Positions 36,287-45,663 of a stretch of 64,000 bases of DNA are shown here, one piece after another (within the stretch, counting starts at the first letter, position 1; every line of letters starts with the position of its first letter). Below the pieces are notes generated by a model, which saw only the letters and a list, made by a program, of their open reading frames with translations, was not told the DNA's origin and made no database searches. The translations under genes were made by a program, and so were the position numbers. Source of the stretch: Methanobacteriota archaeon (GTDB lineage Archaea > Thermoplasmatota > Poseidoniia > Poseidoniales > Thalassarchaeaceae); the NCBI GenBank assembly GCA_002722595.1, contig PBMO01000021.1, forward strand, positions 3,217-67,216, in the 5' to 3' direction.

Positions 36287-39200
36287 GTGCACCGTCGTTC
36301 GGCGATCATCCTCGCCCTTCTCTTCACGTTACAGAGTTGGTCTTCTATGCCCCTCTCTGAGGAGGAAATAATCCACTCTAGCGTAGGGGAAGAGATATCT
36401 TTTCGAGACATTGCAGTAGTTGAACCCTTTTCTCACCAAACATTCGCAGATTACAGTGATGTTGCAGTTGTAATCAATAATCAGAGTACTGAAAGTAGAA
36501 TAATCGGCACCGCATTTGCACTTGCTCGTAATATATCTCCGGAGCGTGTTTTCTTGTTAACAAATGAAAGCACACCCACTGGAGAAACCATCAACTCAAA
36601 TCAATTTACTGATTATTTCTCTAATCCGATTTCGCAGATGATTTCAGAACGGAATTTGACCGATTTGAATGTTCTTGTTACAACCAAAGGAGTCCCCCTT
36701 CGGGTCAATGGAGGAACAAATTCTCGTGCGTCATTTGATTCTGAATTAGCCCTGATTAATGGTCCCTATGCATCATCTATTTTTGCTGATTGGAATGTTA
36801 ATTCAAACTATGGTTTGGCAGCAGGAAATGAGATGAAAGCATTCGACCGAAGTGAACAAGGATACTATCTGGTCACGCGATTGACTGGCTACGATGTAGA
36901 GACCGCATTGGGTTTAATCACCAAGACGAACAACAGTTTTGGGCAACATGGATTGAGCGTTCTGGATTTGGCAACAAATAGGAATGGTTCAGGATACAAA
37001 TGGTGGAATGACCTGTTATACACAACCAATGAAACACTGACGAATATGGGATTCCCAGTCCATTTCAATCAAAATAGTACTTATGTTACCAATATGGAAA
37101 ATGTCTCGATGTATGCTGCTTGGGGAAGTAATGATGGTTCTTGGGGCAACAATCAATTGGCGAATTCTGGTTACGATACATCAGATGGAAGTTGGTCGAC
37201 AGGGTCACGATACTGGGATGGTGTTGGCCCATCATTGTCCTCTGGTGAACAGTGGTGGTGGACGCGTCAAACCGAAACAAAGAGGAATGGAAATGCAGCC
37301 ATGGAAGGTCGTCTTGAGGATGCGCCTTGTGGAGCAAACGATGCCTCGATTACAAATGGTTTGCTCGCAGAATACTTCGACAACAATGGCGTCTCTTACA
37401 ATGTGAGCACAATGGTAAACCTCTCAGGTAGAACGCCCGATTTTGTGCGTCATGAACCGAATATTGATTGGCCCTCTACACAGAGTGCTTGGACTGGTTT
37501 AGATAGCCGCTTCCTTGAGTATTGGAGTGCGCGACATAGTGGAATCATTCACATTCCAACCGCTGGTAATTGGACCTTCTATCTACGGAGTGATGATGGT
37601 TCAAAACTGTGGATTGATGACGCGGAAATAGTTGACAATCAAGGACATCACGCCATGCAAGAGAGATCAGGGACAGTTTGGCTTGATGCAGGAGAGCACC
37701 ATCTTCGTACCGAATTTTTTGAGCATGGAGGGTATGCTGGACTAGAGCTCAAATGGGAAGGGCCAGGGATCTCAAAACAAACTGTTCCAAATAACGTATT
37801 GACTCGAGGAAGTAGTTCCCCCGTCAGAGAGGCGGAGTTAATTCATCATTGGGATTTCAACGAAGTTAGCGGTGATGTTGCAAACGATTCAATCGGTTCG
37901 GCCCACCTGAATTTCACAGGAACCAATGGTTCTCAATGGCGCACTTGTGTGCTAGGTAATTGTGCATTCTTCGATGGTATAGATGATGAAGCCAGGGTCG
38001 ATGTAGATGATATGGTATCGGATTTCACAGTGAGCATGTGGATTCAGGCAAACCATAGTGGCCAATCTCGCCACTCGTCTGCAATCGCCGTGAACGATGT
38101 GGCAGGTGATGATGATTCATTCCAGTTCCAGACGAGTGGGGGGAATCCTGGGAATTGGGAATTATATCACAACAATTCGTACAGCTTTGGAACCGTTGAT
38201 CACACCGTTTGGCAACACCTTGTCGCCACATTTTCCAATGACACAATCACGCTTTACATGGATGGATTTGAGGTACTCAATCAAAGTGTGCCCAATGGTA
38301 CCGTGAATAGTATTGAAATTTACAAATTCGGTGTTAACAGAGCAGGGAATACACATTTCGCTGGCGTGATTGATGAGGTACAGATTTGGGAAACCGCCCT
38401 AAATTCTGAGGAAGTGGCAGATGTCCATGATGAAATCGTTTGGATTTGTCCATCATTCGATAGTACCAACAACTCCGTTGCTTATGTTGAACAAACTGCC
38501 AACCTTGTGGAGTCCGGCGATCCACTTGATGGCAACCACGCTTGGGTTCTTGATGGATATTCGATGAGAGAAGGATGGGTCGAAGGTGACTGGTGGTTAG
38601 AGGTAGAAACATTTGATGCAAATGGAACCACACTATCCATCAATAGGTCAGATACACGTTCCTTTTCAGATGATTGGCAAAATAGGCAACTTCGCTTCCG
38701 ACCGGGTATACAAGCAACAAGTTTCTCAGTTCGCCAAGTTGCAGAATTTTCTGACGGGACATACAACGGTTCAATTTTCTTTGATACATTGAAACTTTAT
38801 CCAATAATTCCTCATTTCACATGGTTAGATGGGAGTATCGCTGAAACTGCTGTTAGTACTGGTGGACGCACATTTGCCCTTAACTCAAGTTATGGACAAA
38901 GTTTGATTTCGGACCTACTTGATGATGGCGTTTCAGGTGTGAAGGGATATGTGTACGAACCATATCTAACGGCGGTTTCAAATCCTGAACAATTGCTTTC
39001 GTGCTATGCTGATGGGTATACAATGTCAGAATGTTATGCTGCTTCGAATACCATGCTTTCTTGGATGGGTACAGTGGTAGGGGATCCAAAAATGGCAGCT
39101 TTTGGTGATCGTTTACACGATATCAACATCTCTGATGTTTACGCACCAAACAGGCTTTCAGTTGGAGAGAATGGTACTTTAGAGGTTCTTTTAGAAAACC

Positions 39201-41422
39201 TCGCACCAGGCATTGCAAATGGTTTCCTTGAAATCCGAGACCGGCAAAATAACCTTCTTCTAGCAAATCATTCTTTGACACTTCCTGGCGGAAATGATGC
39301 AGGGAGCCGACTAATCTTGCCTGTTAATGTCACACCTGCTAGAACAGGTTTTGTAGAATTTATTGTTCGGTGGATTTCAGCAGATTCTCATCCAGAACGA
39401 ATAGTTGAGAACAATATCGCATTACTAAACATAGAGATTAATTCGAGTCCAGAAATCGACGAAAAAACATGCTCGACTTCGACTGCATCAAGAGGTGGTG
39501 TGGTGATTTGCAGGGTTGAGGTTACTGATGATTTTGGAATATCTACTGCAACATTGAATTGGCGCTATAACCAAACTAATTCTTCCTATAGTTCAATATC
39601 TGCCTCCACAAATGATGGAGGATTCACATGGACTGCTGCAATATCAATTCCAATCGATGCTCCTTTGACTAGTGTTGAGTTGCATTGGATAGTTTACGAT
39701 ATCCAAAATCTAAGTTCTGAAATCACGTGGAGTGATGCCTTCGATATTGTCGATTCTAGTGCTACATGGTATGGTGTGCATATAGGTGCAGTGGATCTTG
39801 AGCCATGGCTTGGGATATATCCTCCTGTAGAAAGTGGCGATGGATGGATTCGGGGTCGAAACCATACCATCTCCGCATGTGTGATTGATATTGATCACAA
39901 TCCAACAAATCAAGCACCATCAATACAAGTAGATGGCATTGAAATCGACACTCCTACAATATTCAGTACAAGTGGTAGCCAAACATGTTACAGAACAATC
40001 TGGTCACCCGAAGCAGGAACTCCTCTGCAAGCAGTGACGATTTCACTGTATTCAGATGGAATCGAATGGACCAATCGAACCTTAATTCCAGACGACCTTC
40101 CACCAACGGCAGTATTGTCTCTATTCGGTGAAACTTTTTTCAGTGGCGTAAATGATCATATTAGAGTGGAAATCCTTGATGAGGACGACCCTCAAACTAA
40201 CTATTCGGTCGATGTTGAAATTGAATGGCCAGGGGCAGGCACCCAATCAGTCGATTCAGAATATACCACCGCTCCCCCTGGCCTTGAGCCGGGTGATGCT
40301 CAAATCATAGCCTCCATTTCGGAAGGCAAATGGCAGGGGATGCAGTGGACATGGGATCACCCTGTATTTTTAACTCAGCCAAGTGTGAAGGTCGTCTCCA
40401 TTTGCCATGAAGGGATTTCGGCTAACCAAGTCACACGTGGTGTAAATGGAAGCAATATATGGATAGAAGTCGAAGACAGCAGATCGATTCAGAATGCCGG
40501 TATCAAATATAGCGACGGTGATGGAATTGAACATGTAATGAACTATGTTTCAATTGTCGATTCACAGCCCCCGTCGTTGTGTATATCCAATCTTAACAAA
40601 AATTCACAATACTTTGCGATACCCATAGATTCAGAAATATCAATTGGGATGAAATTGGGGCTAATTTCATACCAAATCAATGTGCAGGACATCGATTTAG
40701 TCACTGGGTTTTCTGAATCTTCAACATTTGAATTGGTGGGTTCTCCGCCAGTTATTGATTTATCTTCTATTCCTGTATCAATGGTTTCAGGAAATGAATA
40801 CACACTACGGGCCAATATTACAGACTCAGATGGAATCTCTGGGATGGAATGTTCAGTCTTAATCAAAGACGAATCTCAAATATCCCTCTTTTCAGAAATT
40901 TTCCGCCCCGAATTGGATGGCAAGTGGTCTAAACCATGGATCCCATCTGAACAACAAGAAACCAATCAAACGCTTTACTTCACATGTCTTGATGAAACAA
41001 GAGAGTCAACATCATCCGAGATAAATTTACACATTATGGAAAATCTTTCATCAATAGATGCTGAAAACAATTCTTTGCGACAAACAAACGTCGAATCAAG
41101 AATATCTCCTTATCTAGCAATTGTATTTGTAGTGGCTTTGGCTATACTTGTTGTATCTTTGATATCTATCAACAAGCGACAATTTGACGAAGAAGAAATA
41201 CTCGATGAAGAACTACCAGATGATGCTTGGTCAAAGAGTAATTCAAGCAGTACTGACGATGAGTTGTTAGAAATGGCAGGACTAGAATCTTCTACAACTG
41301 AACAATGGACGGATGAACAATTAATTGCTGCTGGTTGGACACAGGCACAGGTTGAAACATATCGAAATCAAAATCAATATGCTGAGCAAGATATCTTGAA
41401 TATTATTCAAGAAGAAGAATGA
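36287..41422 (+). CDS. Giant (about 1710 aa) surface adhesin-like protein with PA14 and LamG/ConA-like domains, Ig-like repeats, a C-terminal TM anchor and an acidic cytoplasmic tail
   Basis: GTG start giving signal peptide VHRRSAIILALLFTLQSWSS. PA14 pattern (nt about 37358-37800): GLLAEYFDNNG...WSARHSGIIHIPTAGNWTFYLRSDDGSKLWIDD...ELKWEGPG. LamG_3 pattern (nt about 37845-38430): FDGIDDEARV...FTVSMWIQ...WQHLVATFSNDTITLYMDG...FAGVIDEVQIWETALNSEEV. The TM is YLAIVFVVALAILVVSLISI. The ORF opens at 36140, which would overlap the divergent macro gene. Confidence 0.85.
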   Translation: MHRRSAIILALLFTLQSWSSMPLSEEEIIHSSVGEEISFRDIAVVEPFSHQTFADYSDVAVVINNQSTESRIIGTAFALARNISPERVFLLTNESTPTGETINSNQFTDYFSNPISQMISERNLTDLNVLVTTKGVPLRVNGGTNSRASFDSELALINGPYASSIFADWNVNSNYGLAAGNEMKAFDRSEQGYYLVTRLTGYDVETALGLITKTNNSFGQHGLSVLDLATNRNGSGYKWWNDLLYTTNETLTNMGFPVHFNQNSTYVTNMENVSMYAAWGSNDGSWGNNQLANSGYDTSDGSWSTGSRYWDGVGPSLSSGEQWWWTRQTETKRNGNAAMEGRLEDAPCGANDASITNGLLAEYFDNNGVSYNVSTMVNLSGRTPDFVRHEPNIDWPSTQSAWTGLDSRFLEYWSARHSGIIHIPTAGNWTFYLRSDDGSKLWIDDAEIVDNQGHHAMQERSGTVWLDAGEHHLRTEFFEHGGYAGLELKWEGPGISKQTVPNNVLTRGSSSPVREAELIHHWDFNEVSGDVANDSIGSAHLNFTGTNGSQWRTCVLGNCAFFDGIDDEARVDVDDMVSDFTVSMWIQANHSGQSRHSSAIAVNDVAGDDDSFQFQTSGGNPGNWELYHNNSYSFGTVDHTVWQHLVATFSNDTITLYMDGFEVLNQSVPNGTVNSIEIYKFGVNRAGNTHFAGVIDEVQIWETALNSEEVADVHDEIVWICPSFDSTNNSVAYVEQTANLVESGDPLDGNHAWVLDGYSMREGWVEGDWWLEVETFDANGTTLSINRSDTRSFSDDWQNRQLRFRPGIQATSFSVRQVAEFSDGTYNGSIFFDTLKLYPIIPHFTWLDGSIAETAVSTGGRTFALNSSYGQSLISDLLDDGVSGVKGYVYEPYLTAVSNPEQLLSCYADGYTMSECYAASNTMLSWMGTVVGDPKMAAFGDRLHDINISDVYAPNRLSVGENGTLEVLLENLAPGIANGFLEIRDRQNNLLLANHSLTLPGGNDAGSRLILPVNVTPARTGFVEFIVRWISADSHPERIVENNIALLNIEINSSPEIDEKTCSTSTASRGGVVICRVEVTDDFGISTATLNWRYNQTNSSYSSISASTNDGGFTWTAAISIPIDAPLTSVELHWIVYDIQNLSSEITWSDAFDIVDSSATWYGVHIGAVDLEPWLGIYPPVESGDGWIRGRNHTISACVIDIDHNPTNQAPSIQVDGIEIDTPTIFSTSGSQTCYRTIWSPEAGTPLQAVTISLYSDGIEWTNRTLIPDDLPPTAVLSLFGETFFSGVNDHIRVEILDEDDPQTNYSVDVEIEWPGAGTQSVDSEYTTAPPGLEPGDAQIIASISEGKWQGMQWTWDHPVFLTQPSVKVVSICHEGISANQVTRGVNGSNIWIEVEDSRSIQNAGIKYSDGDGIEHVMNYVSIVDSQPPSLCISNLNKNSQYFAIPIDSEISIGMKLGLISYQINVQDIDLVTGFSESSTFELVGSPPVIDLSSIPVSMVSGNEYTLRANITDSDGISGMECSVLIKDESQISLFSEIFRPELDGKWSKPWIPSEQQETNQTLYFTCLDETRESTSSEINLHIMENLSSIDAENNSLRQTNVESRISPYLAIVFVVALAILVVSLISINKRQFDEEEILDEELPDDAWSKSNSSSTDDELLEMAGLESSTTEQWTDEQLIAAGWTQAQVETYRNQNQYAEQDILNIIQEEE

Positions 41423-41588
41423 AATTTATTCTACTTTAACGCTAAATCATCAGGTTTCGAGGCCCTGCAAAGCATATTCTGAACTAGTCCGAAAATAGGA
41501 AAAACTGCTAATTGGGCCGCAGTATAGCGTTTAGAAAGGGGAATGCTTAAGGAGGTTCTCAGTACCGTTACCCCCAGAGGTGAACTCT

Positions 41589-41855
41589 ATGGCAGATAAG
41601 AAATATTTCGTCCTAATGCAGGGCGGTAAAGACACAGCACAAGTCTTCGCAAGCCGTCAACCACGTGGCGCGGCTTTGAAGGCGGCCACTCGTGGCCACA
41701 CTGAAATCCACCTGAGAGAGCGCGGTACCAAGCGTGTACACGTGTTCACAGGTTCGGTAACAATGGTAGACCCACCAGCTTCCGCACCAGCGTGGCTACA
41801 GGGTAAGAAGATCAAGAAAGCAAACGTGAAAAAGCAACGCGTTGAGCATCTTTGA
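41589..41855 (+). CDS. Chromosomal protein MC1 (non-histone archaeal chromatin protein)
   Basis: KYFVLMQGG...FASRQPRGAALKAATRG...IHLRERGTKRVHVF...PAW...VKKQRVEHL is colinear with Methanosarcina MC1 (RNFVLRD...FTGKQPRQAALKAANRG...IRLRERGTKKVHVF...PAWM...VKKERIEKL). GAGGTGA lies 5 nt upstream of the ATG. Confidence 0.88.
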   Translation: MADKKYFVLMQGGKDTAQVFASRQPRGAALKAATRGHTEIHLRERGTKRVHVFTGSVTMVDPPASAPAWLQGKKIKKANVKKQRVEHL

Positions 41856-41900
41856 ACAGTTCTTAGCAAGGTCAACCAAACACAAGATGACACACAAATC

Positions 41901-41936
41901 CGTCCGAGGCACAACGTGCCTCGGGCGGTTTTTTTT
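41901..41936 (+). terminator. Hairpin plus T8 terminator downstream of the MC1 gene
   Basis: CGTCCGAGGCAC-AAC-GTGCCTCGGGCG (9 perfect bp, extendable to 12 with one G-U pair) is followed immediately by TTTTTTTT. It sits in the convergent gap between the MC1 gene and sdhB. Confidence 0.7.
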
Positions 41937-41950
41937 GTTTCCAATTAAAT

Positions 41951-42715
41951 CTATTTTCGCAACCCAATTTTCTTTGCTAGTATTGCAATTGGGTCATAAT
42001 ATTCAGTGATGACTCTTTCTTTGAGTGGAATGATTGCGTTGTCTGTAATATTGATGCCAGCAGGGCATACTTCTGTACAGCAACGAGTGATGTTACAGTA
42101 CCCTAGTCCATAATCATCTTTGATTAATTCTAATCGATTATCTTGGTCCATAGGGTGCATCTCAAGATTGGCTAGACGAACAAAGAATCTTGGGCCTGCA
42201 AACTCATCAAACAGTTGATGTTCACGCATTACGTGACAAGTGTTTACACAGAGCATGCATTCAATGCAAGCCCGGAACTCTTGCACACGATCTGCTTCTT
42301 TTTGATCAAATTCCCAATCCATTTCATCAGGGCCGTTTAACGGTGGTATGGTTTTATTCAGGTCATAGGCCCATTGTAAATCTGTCACAAGGTCCTTAGT
42401 TAGCGGGAATGCTTGCATCGGCTTTACAACAACAGGTGTATTTTCAGGAGTTTCTTCCATTATTTCTTCCATACGAGTCATGCACATTAATCGCGGTTTA
42501 CCATTGACTTCAGCACTGCAAGATCCACACTTTCCAGCCTTACAATTCCACCTGCAAGAAATATCTGGTGCGTGTTCGGCTTGAATTTTGTGAACGACAT
42601 CAAGAACAACCATTCCCTCATCCATCTCTACAGTGTAATCTACCATCTCCCCAACTGGATTCCCGTCTTCATTCGGTTCGCCACGGAAAATTCGGAATGT
42701 CACATCTTCAGTCAT
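41951..42715 (-). CDS. sdhB: Succinate dehydrogenase/fumarate reductase iron-sulfur subunit
   Basis: Cys clusters CRWNCKAGKCGSC, CIECMLCVNTC and CNITRCCTEVCP are present. The ATG at 42715 lies 1 nt after the sdhA TGA. Confidence 0.92.
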   Translation of the reverse strand: MTEDVTFRIFRGEPNEDGNPVGEMVDYTVEMDEGMVVLDVVHKIQAEHAPDISCRWNCKAGKCGSCSAEVNGKPRLMCMTRMEEIMEETPENTPVVVKPMQAFPLTKDLVTDLQWAYDLNKTIPPLNGPDEMDWEFDQKEADRVQEFRACIECMLCVNTCHVMREHQLFDEFAGPRFFVRLANLEMHPMDQDNRLELIKDDYGLGYCNITRCCTEVCPAGINITDNAIIPLKERVITEYYDPIAILAKKIGLRK

Positions 42716-42716
42716 G

Positions 42717-44552
42717 TCACTCTTCCTCCTCGTGCAAATCTTCAGCATCCAATAATTCTTTCAGGCGAGCAGGAATTGGTGGATACTTTCTGTGAGTCAT
42801 TTCCATTTCTCCAGAACTATTCATTATAATCACACTGTTTATTTTACCCCAATGTTTGTAGTCAGGTGAAGGGAAATCCAGACGTGTGTGGCCACCGCGA
42901 CTTTCTTCTCTTGCTAGTGCTGCAAGGGCACACATTTTGCTGATATCAATCATTGCACCTATCTCCAAAGCTTGATGCCATCCTGGGTTGTAAATACGGC
43001 TTCCACCAGGGGAAGTAGTAGCTTCCCTTTCTCGGAATTTTTCTAAATCCTCAAGCGCTTCTTTTAATTGATGACCCTGTCGTATAATTCCAACTTTTTC
43101 TTGCATCATATCCCGTAAATCTTCGACCACTTTGGCAGGGTTTTCTCCATCATTACGGGAAAGGGGAGCAAGTGTTTCTGCAATCACTTTAGAGATTTCA
43201 TCTTCATCCAAATCTGCGAACCCATCAATTTCAGCAGCGGCTTCAGCGGCATACTGCCCTGCTCGCTTTCCAAATGTAATCAAATCTGATAATGAATTAC
43301 CACCTAGTCGGTTGGCACCATGCAAACCAGTTGCGGCTTCACCTGCTGCAAACAATCCAGGCACAGTGGATTCCTGCGTCACGGGGTCGACTTTGACTCC
43401 GCCCATCACATAGTGAGCAGTGGGTCCAACTTCCATTGGTTCTTTGGTAATATCGACTGCAGCAAGTTCCATGAATTGATGATACATACCTGGTAATTTT
43501 TTCTTCACTTGCTCCTCAGGTCTCCATGAGATATTTAGGTAGGCTCCACCATGTTTGGAGGCACGACCAGCTTCTCGTTCGGAATTAATTGCCTTGGCAA
43601 CAACATCTCTTGTTAGAAGTTCAGGGGGACGACGAGCAGTGGGCGTCTCATCAGCGACAATTGAGTTCACCCAATCCATTGCTTCATCTTCTGTATCTGC
43701 GAATTCTTCCCGATACATTTCTGGAACGTAGTTGAACATAAATCTCTCTCCTTCTGAATTAGTAAGCATACCACCCTCTCCACGGACACCTTCTGTAACG
43801 AGAATTCCACGTACGCTAGGTGGCCAGATCATACCGGTCGGATGAAATTGTACAAACTCCATGTCCCCCATTTCTGCTCCAGCCCAATATGCAAGGGCAT
43901 GACCTTCTCCAGTATATTCCCAAGACCCTGAACATACGGCCCAACAACGTGTAATCCCTCCAGTTGCAAGAACGGTTGTTTTGGCCTTGAAAACATGCAG
44001 AGAACCGTCAACGCGATTGTAAGCAAAACAGCCCGAGACTCGCCCCTCGGTCTTGAACAAATGGCGTACAGTATATTCCATGAATACTTCCATTCCGGTA
44101 TGTATGCCTCTCTCTTGGAGAGTACGAATCAATTCCAATCCAGTAGCATCTCCTATGTGTGCCAGTCGAGGATATGTATGGCCACCAAAATTTCGTTGGT
44201 TTGTTAATCCATTAGGTGTTCTGTCAAAGATAGCGCCCCACTGTTCTAGTTCGCGAATCCGATCTGGACTTTCTTTCGCATGAATCTCAGCCATTCTCCA
44301 ATCGCCAAGATATTTGCCTCCTTTCATAGTGTCACGAAAATGCGTTTGCCAAGAATCTCGAGGGTCCTTGTTAGCTAAGGCTGCTGCTGCCCCACCTTCT
44401 GCCATTACTGTATGGGCTTTACCCAACATCGATTTACAAACAACTGCAACTGATGCACCTAACCTAGTGGCCTCTATCGCAGCTCTAAGCCCCGCACCTC
44501 CAGCACCAATAATTACAACATCGAACTCATGAGTTGTATATTCTTCAGTCAA
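42717..44552 (-). CDS. sdhA: Succinate dehydrogenase/fumarate reductase flavoprotein subunit
   Basis: [16 protein letters not shown], the FHPTG (histidyl-FAD) motif, HYVMGG and LGGNSL are present. I place the start at the TTG at 44552 ([13 protein letters not shown]), 1 nt after the upstream TAG with a G-rich motif upstream. The ORF opens at 44630. Confidence 0.93.
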   Translation of the reverse strand: MTEEYTTHEFDVVIIGAGGAGLRAAIEATRLGASVAVVCKSMLGKAHTVMAEGGAAAALANKDPRDSWQTHFRDTMKGGKYLGDWRMAEIHAKESPDRIRELEQWGAIFDRTPNGLTNQRNFGGHTYPRLAHIGDATGLELIRTLQERGIHTGMEVFMEYTVRHLFKTEGRVSGCFAYNRVDGSLHVFKAKTTVLATGGITRCWAVCSGSWEYTGEGHALAYWAGAEMGDMEFVQFHPTGMIWPPSVRGILVTEGVRGEGGMLTNSEGERFMFNYVPEMYREEFADTEDEAMDWVNSIVADETPTARRPPELLTRDVVAKAINSEREAGRASKHGGAYLNISWRPEEQVKKKLPGMYHQFMELAAVDITKEPMEVGPTAHYVMGGVKVDPVTQESTVPGLFAAGEAATGLHGANRLGGNSLSDLITFGKRAGQYAAEAAAEIDGFADLDEDEISKVIAETLAPLSRNDGENPAKVVEDLRDMMQEKVGIIRQGHQLKEALEDLEKFREREATTSPGGSRIYNPGWHQALEIGAMIDISKMCALAALAREESRGGHTRLDFPSPDYKHWGKINSVIIMNSSGEMEMTHRKYPPIPARLKELLDAEDLHEEEE

Positions 44553-44553
44553 T

Positions 44554-45414
44554 CTAAGCACCCCCCCAGAGGACAATGTCAGTCCAACCAAAAATCGGAT
44601 CAGTGCATGCGTAAACGTAGAAATCTGCAAACATCACAACAAAGAGTGAGTACAAGGCCCAATCTTTGTGATGCTCATTGAGTTTGGTGCTAAATTTCCA
44701 TAGTTTATACTTCAACTTAGCCATTCCAGAAGAGGTCCAATCATTGGCACCTCCTCCAACAACGTGTCTGAAAGCATGGCAACCAAGAGTATACCCTGTA
44801 AGCATGAATACATTCAGAAGAAGAATCAGAGATCCAACAGAGATTCCGTATGTGTGTGCATGAGTTATTGGGTCATGGAAATTGATTGATAGCCATACAT
44901 CATAGGATAAAATCGGTAAGTATGCTAATGCAGCATACATGAAATATCGATGTAGGTTTTGAAAAATTAGTAAACCAGTTTCACCAGAGTAGGCATTCCA
45001 CGGTTTGCTTACTGCACAGGCTGTTGGGTGCTGGAAGAATGCCCGATAGTACGCTTTTCGGTAATAGTAGCAGGTTCCACGAAATCCAGCAGGAAATATC
45101 AGGATGAACATTGCAGGTGAAAGCCACCAAATTGATTCAGGCATCCAACTATGTTCATCAGGAATGATAAGGGGACTAAATAGCGGGCTCAAGACGTGAC
45201 TATGATTCGATTCAATTGCCATTGTCTGGGCGCCAGCAGAACGCCCGAAATCACTGAAAATCCAGAAATCAGCCTCCATGAATCCTCTCCATGTAGCGTA
45301 AACAACCATCAGGCCCAGATAGGAGGCCATGGCTACAGGACCTTTCCACCATTGGTCGATTCGGTCAGTCTTACCGAACCCTTTTTTCATTGGTAAAGAG
45401 ATTTTGTCCCCCAA
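44554..45414 (-). CDS. Putative single-subunit membrane anchor/cytochrome b of succinate dehydrogenase (b558-like, about 5 TM)
   Basis: It lies immediately upstream of sdhA and is tightly coupled to it. It is a polytopic protein with conserved-looking His residues in helices. The assignment rests on position and topology only. Confidence 0.5.
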   Translation of the reverse strand: MGDKISLPMKKGFGKTDRIDQWWKGPVAMASYLGLMVVYATWRGFMEADFWIFSDFGRSAGAQTMAIESNHSHVLSPLFSPLIIPDEHSWMPESIWWLSPAMFILIFPAGFRGTCYYYRKAYYRAFFQHPTACAVSKPWNAYSGETGLLIFQNLHRYFMYAALAYLPILSYDVWLSINFHDPITHAHTYGISVGSLILLLNVFMLTGYTLGCHAFRHVVGGGANDWTSSGMAKLKYKLWKFSTKLNEHHKDWALYSLFVVMFADFYVYACTDPIFGWTDIVLWGGA

Positions 45415-45486
45415 CGCATAACAGCCCCATCCTACCTGTCAAGGTAACCCCTCCATATAGTTGCGTTTGAAATCATTAGGATTCAT

Positions 45487-45612
45487 ATGTGTGGGACTAT
45501 ACCGCTAATCATGTTCGATGATGTCCTTTCCATTTGTACGGAATGTGGATTCATGCCTGGAGCATATATTCCTGGCATGCCTTGCCCAGAATGTGGAGCA
45601 CTGATTCTTTGA
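45487..45612 (+). CDS. Small zinc-ribbon protein (41 aa), below the ORF-track size cutoff
   Basis: Hand translation gives MCGTIPLIMFDDVLSICTECGFMPGAYIPGMPCPECGALIL. Two knuckles, CTEC-G and CPEC-G, are 12 residues apart. It lies in the divergent intergenic region between the SDH anchor gene and the hydrolase gene. Confidence 0.4.
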   Translation: MCGTIPLIMFDDVLSICTECGFMPGAYIPGMPCPECGALIL

Positions 45613-45663
45613 TGACCATTCCATAGGGTCTCATTGATAATCCGAAGGCTCTTCGCGTGTTTT

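Noticed and set aside
35300-36300. Possibility that tRNA-Gly marks an integrated mobile element or genomic island
   Set aside because: No integrase or recombinase is present, I found no direct repeat of the tRNA 3' end nearby, and the flanking genes show no obvious compositional break.
41423-41579. Possible C/D-box sRNA in the 157-nt gap upstream of the MC1 gene (TGATGA on the minus strand at about 41447-41452)
   Set aside because: There is no correctly placed D box (CTGA) downstream on the same strand, and no terminal stem. The C-box-like hexamer is probably chance.
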